DNA of 42,218 nt from a virus. The DNA lies in the IMG/VR virus record IMGVR_UViG_3300045988_051752; one strand, written 5' to 3'. How positions within the stretch are numbered: position 1 is the first letter of the stretch; every line of letters starts with the position of its first letter. The notes below the pieces were generated by a model, which saw only the letters and a list, made by a program, of their open reading frames with translations, had not been told where the DNA came from and did no database searches. The translations under genes and the position numbers were made by a program. Below are positions 9,693 to 16,908 of the stretch, in pieces.

Positions 9693-9757
9693 GTGTATAT
9701 TATAGTAATCATCGTTGTACTGGTTCGTCGGTACAACGATGATAGAATTATATACAC
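9693..9757. other. Candidate attP: 65-bp imperfect palindrome abutting the integrase 3' end
   Basis: Outer arms gtgtatat (9693-9700) / atatacac (9750-9757). Inner arms atcatcgttgtac (9708-9720) / gtacaacgatgat (9731-9743). 10-bp centre tggttcgtcg. Overlaps the integrase stop codon (9748-9750). Confidence 0.4.
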
Positions 9758-11307
9758 AAATTTGCGTCAACAGAAATATCCCAGACAATCCAGCCACGGT
9801 TCGTGGCACCGGCCTTTCTGACCGGGGGCTCCCGGTAATAGGAAATCTTCTCGATACAGGATTTTAACATACGGTTCTTGGCCTCTGCGGTAATGTCTGA
9901 ATCATCCAGGGCGGCGAGAGCAGCGGAGAACCGGCCGCGTTTTTCCTCAATGGCCTCCCGGGTGGGAACTTCGGAGAGAATGGAATAGATAGAAGCCTGC
10001 ACAGCGGCCTTATCTTCGGCCACACGCCGGTTCAGTTCATCGAATACGTTTTTTGGCATTTGTTCCTCGGCGTACTTATCCCACAGAGAGATTTCTTTCT
10101 TATCCAGGGCGGCCAGGCGCAAGCGAAGCGAGGAGAGCGTTTCTTCCCGGGAGGCCATGGCGGCAGCAGAATCTTTGAGCTGCACGTCAAAATCGTGAAT
10201 GGCCTGCTTCAAAATGCGGACAACGATTTCTTCCGCCTCCTCGAAAGTACAGGAACCGGTATGGCAGACACGCTGCATATCACAGAGGATACGGGGGCCA
10301 GTCTTGGGGTATGTGTGATAGCTCATGGCGTGGCCACACCGGCAGACGAAAAGACCGGCAAAAGGATTACGAACCTTCACCTTATCCTTGGCACGGGTGA
10401 CCTTCCCGGAGATTTTCTGGGCAGCGCCAAACAGCTCCGAATCAATGATTGCCGGGTGCCTGCCGTCGTGCAGCTCATATTCGCTGCTCCATGGGCGGCT
10501 GGATTCCACGGAGCCGCTATGAACGGAGTGGACAACCTTCCGACGGTTCCAGAAAACTTTTCCGGTATAGACGGGGTTCTGCAGGATACTCTTCACGCAG
10601 TTATATGTCCACGAATCATTGTTTCGAGGATGAGTACCTTGGAGGTTCAGCTGCTTGGCAATACGGGAGGGGCCAAGATCTTCGACGGCCCGCATTCGGA
10701 AGATCTGTCGGACAACAGAAGCTTCGGCGGGATTGATGCAAAGCGTGTAATGCTTCTTCTTTCCTTCCAGGACAAAGGTCTTGTCATACCCGTAAGGGGC
10801 AACGGAACCGATGTAATCGCCCTGACGGACGGCTTGCAGGCGGCCGCGGCTCATGATCTTCTTCTGATATTCCAGATATTCATTTCCTCTTTTCAGCTCA
10901 CGTTCAAAGATATCCCGATCGTATTCGTCGGACAGGTCATAAGTTTTGCTGGGTGTGATGACATTCGTGCGGGTGTAGCGAAGGATCTTGATGAGACGCC
11001 CTGCGTCTTCCAGGTCGCCGCGGGAGAGACGCTGAACCTCAACGCACAAAATGGCTTTAATGGCTGGAGATTCAATACGCCGGAGAACGGAGAGAAATTC
11101 CGGGCGGTCGTCAATCGTCTCCCCGGACACGACCTCTCGATATTTGTTTTCTGCTGGGATACAGCAGTCATGCCTTTCGGCCCAATCAGATAAAATGGAT
11201 TCGTGCTTTTGCAGCACATCTTCGACGGATAGACTGGGATCATCGGCCCTGGATTTTCGCAGGTACTCGATGATCTCATCAGAACGATAAGAAAGTTCTC
11301 GATACAT
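9748..11307 (-). CDS. int: Large serine recombinase (integrase), phiC31/SpoIVCA class
   Basis: N-terminal resolvase motifs YLRKSRAD (catalytic Ser), DRPEFLSVLRRIE and VEVQRLSRGD. Central recombinase domain, Cys-rich zinc ribbon CRCGHAMS...CDMQRVCHTGSC, C-terminal coiled coil. RBS AGGGGGA. Confidence 0.92.
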   Translation of the reverse strand: MYRELSYRSDEIIEYLRKSRADDPSLSVEDVLQKHESILSDWAERHDCCIPAENKYREVVSGETIDDRPEFLSVLRRIESPAIKAILCVEVQRLSRGDLEDAGRLIKILRYTRTNVITPSKTYDLSDEYDRDIFERELKRGNEYLEYQKKIMSRGRLQAVRQGDYIGSVAPYGYDKTFVLEGKKKHYTLCINPAEASVVRQIFRMRAVEDLGPSRIAKQLNLQGTHPRNNDSWTYNCVKSILQNPVYTGKVFWNRRKVVHSVHSGSVESSRPWSSEYELHDGRHPAIIDSELFGAAQKISGKVTRAKDKVKVRNPFAGLFVCRCGHAMSYHTYPKTGPRILCDMQRVCHTGSCTFEEAEEIVVRILKQAIHDFDVQLKDSAAAMASREETLSSLRLRLAALDKKEISLWDKYAEEQMPKNVFDELNRRVAEDKAAVQASIYSILSEVPTREAIEEKRGRFSAALAALDDSDITAEAKNRMLKSCIEKISYYREPPVRKAGATNRGWIVWDISVDANLCI

Positions 11308-11325
11308 ATTTAATTCCCCCTAAGT

Positions 11326-11901
11326 TTAATAATTCTCTTTTTTAACATACACGGATTCTCTTCCAGAATCAACTGCTTTTTGGACAATATCCTCATCAGG
11401 CAGAGGGTCATCGGGGCCGGTAAGCTCATCTCTGGCACGGCGCATCCGGTAGATATCCATAACAATACCGGCAGCAGACACACGGTCAAGAAGCGGAATG
11501 TGGCTGTGCGCAGTGAAAAGGTGCAGCTTCGGGATCCAGTGAGAGATATGGTCACCGAAGATGATGTAGTGCAGCATCTTTTTATGCTTCGGAATTTCTG
11601 TATCCAGATACATCCGCAGGGCGGCGTCGATATCCTCATCGGATTTAGCCTCATAAAGCAGATGATACTTTCCGGGGTTATAGATAAACATCAGGTATTT
11701 TTCGGGATCAACGCCGCATAATTCGAACCATTTTAGAATAAGTGGAAGACTGGGAGCACCAATTTCATTTTCCCAATTCTGAATAGTCCCGACACTTTTT
11801 GACATTTTTCTTGCCATGTACTGTTGCGTGTGCCCTGCCAGGTCTCGGGTTGTAAGAAGAGCCCTGGCCGTGAGCTGCGTGTATTCCACTACGTCTTTCA
11901 T
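11326..11901 (-). CDS. HTH (XRE-like) DNA-binding protein with an uncharacterised C-terminal domain (191 aa)
   Basis: ATG at 11901, 7 nt after AAAGGGG. HTH segment HTQQYMARKMSKSVGTIQNWENEIGAPS. Directly upstream of int and probably co-transcribed with it. Confidence 0.7.
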   Translation of the reverse strand: MKDVVEYTQLTARALLTTRDLAGHTQQYMARKMSKSVGTIQNWENEIGAPSLPLILKWFELCGVDPEKYLMFIYNPGKYHLLYEAKSDEDIDAALRMYLDTEIPKHKKMLHYIIFGDHISHWIPKLHLFTAHSHIPLLDRVSAAGIVMDIYRMRRARDELTGPDDPLPDEDIVQKAVDSGRESVYVKKENY

Positions 11902-11992
11902 AGAATCGCCCCTTTGCCAAGACAAAATTTTGAGTAAATTGAAGGACAAAATAATCAAAAAATTTTGGTGATAAAAAATAAAGAGTAACTAA

Positions 11993-12031
11993 TTACAAAA
12001 TCAACAACTTTGTGCATAATTGGATGCACAA
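11993..12031 (+). promoter_or_regulatory. Promoter TTACAA-N17-(TGc)ATAATT overlapped by a perfect 8-bp inverted repeat (operator candidate)
   Basis: -35 at 11993-11998, -10 at 12016-12021 with TG at 12013-12014. Inverted repeat ttgtgcat (12010-12017) / atgcacaa (12024-12031) with a 6-bp spacer, just before RBS GGGAG. Confidence 0.5.
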
Positions 12032-12045
12032 GGGAGTGATTTATA

Positions 12046-12624
12046 ATGAAAGAGTACAACGAAAAGACGAAAAAATCAATAGCAAACTCAAATTATGTCC
12101 ATATTATCGGAAAAATTAACGGAAAATTTGCAGAAAACGCACAAAATGACAGAAAGCAACCATATTCGACAAAGGTGGAGACAGAGAGAAAAAGCGGAAC
12201 GAAAGATGTTTTACCGCTCTTTGTGGCGGAAAAAGTGGAAGACGGCAGCATGGTGGAGATCTGGGGAAGAGTAAGAACCAGGATGCAGCAGGGACGGAAG
12301 CTGATCTACATACAGGCAGAGCAGATTAGGCCAACCGGCGCCGCGCCGGTGAATGAAGTATACCTGGAAGGGACGCTTTGCAAGGACGCCATATTCCGAA
12401 AGACCCCGGCAGGAAGAGAGATCACAGACCTGATGATTGCCAGCAATGGCGGCGGGACAAGCGCCTATGTGCCATGCATCTGCTTTGGGATGAATGCCAG
12501 GAGAACCGGCGGCCTGCCGGTGGGGACAAAGGTGCAGCTGTGGGGCCGGATGCAGTCTCGAACATACAAGGAGGTATACACCGCATACGAGATTGCAGTG
12601 AACCGGATCGAGGTGATACTGTAG
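12046..12624 (+). CDS. Tandem OB-fold (SSB/PriB-like) protein, 192 aa
   Basis: Two SSB-like halves: NYVHIIGKINGKF...MVEIWGRVRTR and NEVYLEGTLCKDAIFRKTPAGREITDLMIA...CICFGMNARR...GTKVQLWGRMQSRTY. No acidic C-terminal tail. Opposite strand to its lysogeny-module neighbours. Confidence 0.55.
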   Translation: MKEYNEKTKKSIANSNYVHIIGKINGKFAENAQNDRKQPYSTKVETERKSGTKDVLPLFVAEKVEDGSMVEIWGRVRTRMQQGRKLIYIQAEQIRPTGAAPVNEVYLEGTLCKDAIFRKTPAGREITDLMIASNGGGTSAYVPCICFGMNARRTGGLPVGTKVQLWGRMQSRTYKEVYTAYEIAVNRIEVIL

Positions 12625-12643
12625 TCAGAAAAGGAGATAGGAT

Positions 12644-12748
12644 ATGGAAGAAAAGAAAGAAGAGATTATGGAAATGCTGCAGCAGGCAACGCTCCGGGAG
12701 TTAATCATCATCTGTGAGTATATAAAAGCAATGCTGAAAAAAGAATAA
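12644..12748 (+). CDS. Small ORF, 34 aa (MEEKKEEIMEMLQQATLRELIIICEYIKAMLKKE)
   Basis: Strong RBS AAAGGAGA 6 nt upstream of ATG at 12644; followed by a terminator. Below the ORF-track length cutoff. Confidence 0.45.
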   Translation: MEEKKEEIMEMLQQATLRELIIICEYIKAMLKKE

Positions 12749-12751
12749 GAA

Positions 12752-12777
12752 AAGGGGATCGGAAAGCCGATCCCCTT
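12752..12777. terminator. Bidirectional intrinsic terminator (11-bp stem, AAAG loop)
   Basis: aaggggatcgg-aaag-ccgatcccctt. On the minus strand it is followed by ttttcttattctttttt. Lies between convergent genes. Confidence 0.8.
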
Positions 12778-12781
12778 AGCA

Positions 12782-13498
12782 TTACCAGCAGTTATTACAA
12801 CGCCCATAACCTTCATTGACGGCATCAGTTAAAGCCTTTTCATAGGCACGATCGGGGTTCATATTTCCGCAGTCTGGCCGACTGTGATACTTGCTGCCGG
12901 TAGCGGAAATCCAAACCCATGTTTCGCTTTCGCCATCATCGTCGCTTTCGATGATCTCAACGCCGTTTTCATGTATTTCTCGTTTTAACTCTTCGTATGT
13001 TTTGCGGTTGGGATCAAGTTTTCTTTTGCTTAAGTAGGAATACAAGACATAACCTTCTCGGCCGCCATAAGATGTTTTCACCCAATCGCCAGAAAAGCTT
13101 TTGCAAGGGACTTTTTCGCCAGAAGGAATGACTTTCAAAATATCATACTCTTTGCCGGGACCTTCGCGCAAGTTAAGGCGGTCTGTTGTATAAAGGTAAT
13201 CGCCTGTAAAGTGATCGGAATCAGATGCCTGGGATTCGGAAGAGGAAGCAGATACCGCAGCAGGAGAATCCGAAGAGGAATTTTCATTACTGGTGTTTGA
13301 AGATTCGCCGACATCGGAAGATTCAGATGATATACGGGAATGCGCTTCATCGGGCTCTTGCTCTTGCTTTTGCTGGTATTCAGAAGAAGCTTTTCCATAT
13401 CCTTCATAGTATCCCTGATTGCGGCCAAGATTATAACTCAGGCCACTGGCAATAAGCGTTAGACATAGCATGCAAACTGCAAATTTTGATTTCCACAT
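12782..13498 (-). CDS. Membrane-anchored SH3b-domain protein with a Ser-rich linker and C-terminal Cys/His motif (238 aa)
   Basis: N-terminal hydrophobic anchor KFAVCMLCLTLIASGL. S/E-rich low-complexity linker. SH3b-like YLYTTDRLNLREGPGKEYDILKVIPSGEKV...GYVLYSYL. C-terminal GSKYHSRPDCGNM...GYGRCNNCW. Confidence 0.7.
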   Translation of the reverse strand: MWKSKFAVCMLCLTLIASGLSYNLGRNQGYYEGYGKASSEYQQKQEQEPDEAHSRISSESSDVGESSNTSNENSSSDSPAAVSASSSESQASDSDHFTGDYLYTTDRLNLREGPGKEYDILKVIPSGEKVPCKSFSGDWVKTSYGGREGYVLYSYLSKRKLDPNRKTYEELKREIHENGVEIIESDDDGESETWVWISATGSKYHSRPDCGNMNPDRAYEKALTDAVNEGYGRCNNCW

Positions 13499-13575
13499 AA
13501 TACACCCACCTCATATTAATAAAAATTTTTAACACAAGACCAATGTACTACGAAAACCATTTCTATTCAAGAGAA

Positions 13576-13599
13576 AAGAGGATGTTTACACATCCTCTT
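13576..13599 (-). terminator. Intrinsic terminator for the repressor gene (10-bp perfect stem overlapping its last codons)
   Basis: aagaggatgt-ttac-acatcctctt. On the minus strand it is followed by the T-rich ttctcttg. Confidence 0.6.
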
Positions 13600-13954
13600 C
13601 GAAAATTTCTCTCATCTTACGCTCCAGAAAAGCCCATTCATCCACGGTCATGGTGGAAAGGGCAGATATAAACCGCTTCTTGAAGCCCTCGTCAATCTGC
13701 ACCTCTCCGAAGAATCTTGCCAGCTGGAGATCTCTGGACAGATCCACGAACATATCGCCGGTTCCGTCCCGGAGCCAATCCTCCGAAATATTGAACTCCC
13801 GGCAGATGGATTTGCACATTTGATCTGTAAGAGAACGGTTCCCACATTCGATGTTAGAAACAGCAGTTTTGCCAACACCGAGACGCTCTCCGAATTTTTC
13901 CAGCGTAAGGTCGAGAGATTTGCGCGCCTCTCTCACGCGTTCACCTCGTGTCAC
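13586..13954 (-). CDS. XRE-family (CI-like) repressor, 122 aa
   Basis: GTG at 13954, 6 nt after AGGAGGTG. HTH LTLEKFGERLGVGKTAVSNIECGNRSL. Divergent from the early operon. Confidence 0.85.
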   Translation of the reverse strand: MTRGERVREARKSLDLTLEKFGERLGVGKTAVSNIECGNRSLTDQMCKSICREFNISEDWLRDGTGDMFVDLSRDLQLARFFGEVQIDEGFKKRFISALSTMTVDEWAFLERKMREIFEEDV

Positions 13955-14033
13955 GTATTTCACCTCCTGAATACAGAGTACCACCAAAAAAGAAAAAAAT
14001 CAATAAAAAAGTCCACAAAGGAAACAAAAGGCA

Positions 14034-14062
14034 TTGACAAAGTATTCAAAGAATAGTAATAT
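14034..14062 (+). promoter_or_regulatory. Early rightward promoter TTGACA-N17-TAATAT
   Basis: -35 at 14034-14039, -10 at 14057-14062. GTCCACA repeats at 14011-14017 and 14063-14069 flank it and may be operator half-sites. Confidence 0.65.
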
Positions 14063-14130
14063 GTCCACATAGAGGACAACAAACAGAAACGAAATCGCAA
14101 GATGGTTTAAAAGATAAGGAGGAAATGAAG

Positions 14131-14853
14131 ATGAAAGAATTAAAAGCAGGAGACAAATTCAATTTCAAGGGATTCGAATGGGTGGTATTAAACCCAAACC
14201 CGATTGAAGAAGGCGGCGTGCTGGCCATGATGACCAGCACATGGAACGGAAAAGAGTACCCGTTCGATGAAAACGGATGCAACAACTGGAAGGAAAGCTC
14301 CCTGAAAAAGAAGTTAGAGGAAGAACTCCTTCCGGTGCTGGGAAGGGAGAATTTGTTGGAGCATCTGGTGAGACTTGATGCGGACAACGGAAGCCTTGAA
14401 TACGGAGTGGATCTGTGCCAGGTATTCATCTTAACCTGCGATGAATACCGAATATACAGAGAGTACATCCCGCTCCTGCCGGAGTGGATGTGGACATGCA
14501 CACCTCGGATAACAGCCGGCAGCAACGTCCGGATTGTGAGTCCGGGCGGCAGTTTGAACGGCAACATCGCGTTCAGCACGTATGGAGTGGCCCCGGCTTG
14601 TGTAATCAAAAAAGAATCGTTAATCGCGCCGACAGGTGCAGAGAGTGAAAGGCTTCTCGAATGCGAAAAGAGAATCCAGGAATTAGAGGATTTTCTGGAA
14701 GAGGTAGAGGGACTCCTGGACTACATGGACATATCAAGGGAGGCGGAAGAACTGACAAGACTGACGGGCGTTTATGAAAAGTCGGTGCTCCGGTCTTATG
14801 CAGAACGGGCAGAGAAGATTAGAACCAAATCAAAGGAGTTGAGAGGAGAATGA
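14131..14853 (+). CDS. DUF6273-like protein with C-terminal coiled coil; first gene of the early operon
   Basis: ATG at 14131 is 8 nt after AGGAGG (alternative ATG at 14125). Pattern FEWVVLNP...NNWKESSLKKKLEE...VFILTCDEY...WMWTCTPR...YGVAPACVI matches my memory of DUF6273. Confidence 0.6.
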   Translation: MKELKAGDKFNFKGFEWVVLNPNPIEEGGVLAMMTSTWNGKEYPFDENGCNNWKESSLKKKLEEELLPVLGRENLLEHLVRLDADNGSLEYGVDLCQVFILTCDEYRIYREYIPLLPEWMWTCTPRITAGSNVRIVSPGGSLNGNIAFSTYGVAPACVIKKESLIAPTGAESERLLECEKRIQELEDFLEEVEGLLDYMDISREAEELTRLTGVYEKSVLRSYAERAEKIRTKSKELRGE

Positions 14854-15203
14854 CCGCGGGATTAATGTTTCCAAAAACTCCGATAAAGAAAAAGAAAAAA
14901 TCCCATCCTGCAAGCATCTTGCAGGATCAGGGAGACCGGGAATGCCTTTTGTGCAATCTTCTGGGCGTGGGACCTGCACGGGGCGTACACCAGCATCATA
15001 TATTTGGAGGTACGGCAAACCGGGCGAAGTCAGAAGAGTACGGACTGAAAGCATGGCTTTGTTATGAACACCACGAAGGAAACAAAGGCGTTCATAACGA
15101 CAGAAAGATGGATCTGATCTTAAAAGAACACGCCCAGGAGGTATTTGAAGAAAAATACAGCCACGAACTCTTCATGAGGGAGTTCGGCGTGAATTACTTA
15201 TGA
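14850..15203 (+). CDS. Cys/His-rich putative nuclease-like protein (NinG/DUF968-like), 117 aa
   Basis: ATGA overlap with the upstream stop. Motifs CLLC...HHIFGGTANR...LCYEHHEGNKGVH. Confidence 0.5.
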   Translation: MTAGLMFPKTPIKKKKKSHPASILQDQGDRECLLCNLLGVGPARGVHQHHIFGGTANRAKSEEYGLKAWLCYEHHEGNKGVHNDRKMDLILKEHAQEVFEEKYSHELFMREFGVNYL

Positions 15204-15217
15204 AAGGAGGGATATGA

Positions 15218-15376
15218 ATGAGCGAAATGGAACTGAAAATTTTAACAAGCTTCCGGGAGATCATCCCGAAGCTTCCGGAGAAGAAACAGGAGTATGTACT
15301 CGGACTTGCCGAGGGAATGGCAGCCATGATGGGAGGGGAGAAGCATGAAACATCAGCTGACGATCACAAGATTTAA
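15218..15376 (+). CDS. Small ORF, 52 aa (MSEMELKILTSFREIIPKLPEKKQEYVLGLAEGMAAMMGG...)
   Basis: ATG is 6 nt after AAAGGAGGG. Below the track cutoff. Confidence 0.5.
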   Translation: MSEMELKILTSFREIIPKLPEKKQEYVLGLAEGMAAMMGGEKHETSADDHKI

Positions 15377-15521
15377 CTTATCACCGAGATCCAAGATGTA
15401 CTCAAAGGATTGGGAGTACATGGAAACCTATATAGACCTGGACACCAGGGAGGTTGTGACGGTGATGCACGCCAGGTTAAGCCCGGAAACCTACAACATA
15501 GAAAGGAGGGTGAAGCTGTGA
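15345..15521 (+). CDS. Small ORF, 58 aa (MKHQLTITRFNLSPRSKMYSKDWEYMETYIDL...)
   Basis: ATG is 5 nt after GGGAGGGGA. Overlaps the upstream ORF, and its stop overlaps the next start (GTGA). Confidence 0.45.
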   Translation: MKHQLTITRFNLSPRSKMYSKDWEYMETYIDLDTREVVTVMHARLSPETYNIERRVKL

Positions 15522-15697
15522 AGGGAGACGAGTATTACCCGCCATACATCATCAAGGGGGATGGATGGGTTGCAAGAGTTCACAGGCCGATCTTAACGCC
15601 GGAGGAAAGGAAAAAAAGAATGCAGAAGATCCATGACATGGCAGCATTGGTACTGATGGAAAGGGAAAGAGCACATGCGAGTGATAATGGCAATTAG
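15518..15697 (+). CDS. Small protein, 59 aa (VKGDEYYPPYIIKGDGWVARVHRPILTPEERKKRMQKIHD...)
   Basis: GTG is 7 nt after AAAGGAGGG. The longer track ORF (15410) has no RBS. Confidence 0.55.
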   Translation: MKGDEYYPPYIIKGDGWVARVHRPILTPEERKKRMQKIHDMAALVLMERERAHASDNGN

Positions 15698-15869
15698 AAT
15701 GGGTTGCGTGGCGGTGGGCTTCCTGCTTGCCGCTGCGGTAACAGAATCCTATGAGCTGGAGACGATAGGGACAATGGATTACCTGAAAGGGATGTGCATA
15801 GCACTGGTGTTCCTGGCAGCGGGAATAGAAAGGAGAAAACGTTGGAAGAAAAAGAAGAGATTCGGATAA
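15675..15869 (+). CDS. Small two-TM membrane protein, 64 aa
   Basis: Hydrophobic segments CVAVGFLLAAAV and MCIALVFLAAGI, with a basic tail RRKRWKKKKRFG. Confidence 0.5.
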   Translation: MRVIMAIRMGCVAVGFLLAAAVTESYELETIGTMDYLKGMCIALVFLAAGIERRKRWKKKKRFG

Positions 15870-16048
15870 AGCAAGAAATCGGGGAGCTGAAAGCGCTGCT
15901 CCAGGAGACCAAGGATGAGAACAAGAGAATGGCCGGGGCTTACGCGTCCCAGATAGAAGAATATAAGAGAGCGGTTGTAAAGCTCTCCGAAGAAGTTACG
16001 GGGTTGAAGGGTCAGATCAAGGCTTACCGCAAGGTGTTAAGAATATAA
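15842..16048 (+). CDS. Small coiled-coil protein, 68 aa (start uncertain)
   Basis: TTG is 6 nt after AGGAG (15831-15835). Heptad-like sequence EIGELKALLQETKDENKRM...LKGQIKAYRKVL. Confidence 0.45.
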   Translation: MEEKEEIRIKQEIGELKALLQETKDENKRMAGAYASQIEEYKRAVVKLSEEVTGLKGQIKAYRKVLRI

Positions 16049-16200
16049 AAAAACACCGGGCAAGTACTTAGGGGAAACTCGACCGGTGCTGTAATTAATT
16101 ACAAATAAATCATATCACAAAGCAAGGGAAAAAGCAAGGAATTCCGGGGATTTTACCGGATTTTCTCCCTTGATTAGGATATTAAACTTAGGGGTAAAGC
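16049..16200. promoter_or_regulatory. Repeat-rich intergenic region upstream of rep: candidate origin/regulatory region
   Basis: 12-bp palindrome gtaattaattac (16091-16102). aagcaagg twice (16120-16127, 16132-16139). ccgg(gg)atttt twice (16144-16165). acttagggg at 16066-16074 and 16186-16194. Confidence 0.3.
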
Positions 16201-16908
16201 ATGTACAAAAAAACAGAGTACAGGATGCCGCAGAGCATAGAGGTGGAGGTCACCCACAAAGGCAGGTACGGCGCCCCGGGGATGGAGAGAGGAAAGAGAC
16301 AGAAGCCAACGCCAGAGGAAGTAAAACGAAATAATGAGAGGCAGCGGCTAAAAAGGATCCGGCGAAAGATCAATATGAACTTTTGCCAGAACGACTATCA
16401 CCTCGTACTTACATACCGTCGGGAAGAGCGCTGCACCATGGAAGAGGCCATGATCCAGATCAGGAAATGGCTGGACAGGCTGCGGTACTACTACAAAAAG
16501 GCAGGGGAACCACTGAAATATATCGCCGTGGTGGCGATCGGGGAGAGAGGGGCAGTGCACGCCCATGTGATTCTGAATGGAATCACTGACACGCCGAACT
16601 TGGCAAGAAAGCATTGGAAGAAGGGCCGGGTGCATATGACCATGCTGGATGATTCCGGGGAATATGCACAGTTAGCAGCTTATATCATGCAGCAAGACAC
16701 CGGGCAGGAGCGGATGAAATACATCTGTTCCAGAAATTTAAAAGAGCCAAGGCCCATAAAGAAAGATATAAAAAGGTTTGATCCAGAAAAGATACGGCCA
16801 TACAAAGGCTACTACTTGGATCAAGACAGCATCATAACAGGGATAAACCCGGTGACCGGGTATCCATATATGCAATATACCATGAAGAAAGTGAGGTTAC
16901 AAATATGA
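16201..16908 (+). CDS. HUH-superfamily rolling-circle-type replication initiator (Rep), 235 aa
   Basis: The three RCR motifs appear in order: YHLVLTY (motif I), GAVHAHVIL (HUH), and EYAQLAAYIMQQD (candidate catalytic Tyr). Sits in the replication module next to ssb. Confidence 0.55.
   Translation: MYKKTEYRMPQSIEVEVTHKGRYGAPGMERGKRQKPTPEEVKRNNERQRLKRIRRKINMNFCQNDYHLVLTYRREERCTMEEAMIQIRKWLDRLRYYYKKAGEPLKYIAVVAIGERGAVHAHVILNGITDTPNLARKHWKKGRVHMTMLDDSGEYAQLAAYIMQQDTGQERMKYICSRNLKEPRPIKKDIKRFDPEKIRPYKGYYLDQDSIITGINPVTGYPYMQYTMKKVRLQI

Noticed and set aside
10060-11193. A 377-aa plus-strand ORF antisense to the integrase gene
   Set aside because: It has no RBS or recognisable motif, and it is fully contained within a high-confidence serine recombinase gene on the other strand. 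It is a long shadow ORF.
11315-11325. The 11-mer aaacttagggg is shared (in reverse complement) between the int upstream region and the rep upstream region (16184-16194), with acttagggg also at 16066-16074
   Set aside because: In two of the three places the motif is simply the SD (AGGGG) context of a start codon. It is too short to separate from chance without a genome-wide count. It is mentioned only as part of the rep-upstream repeat set.
12378-12704. A 108-aa plus-strand ORF overlapping the 3' end of the OB-fold gene
   Set aside because: It is out of frame within a better-supported gene, its translation is Arg/Gly/Trp-rich, and it has no RBS. The short SD-led ORF at 12644..12748 explains the downstream coding potential better.
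16044-16090. The caccgg ... ccggtg inverted repeat after gene 15842..16048 as a possible terminator
   Set aside because: The stem is 6 bp with a 23-nt loop, and the T-run is on the wrong (minus) side for the plus-strand operon. It is not convincing as an intrinsic terminator.
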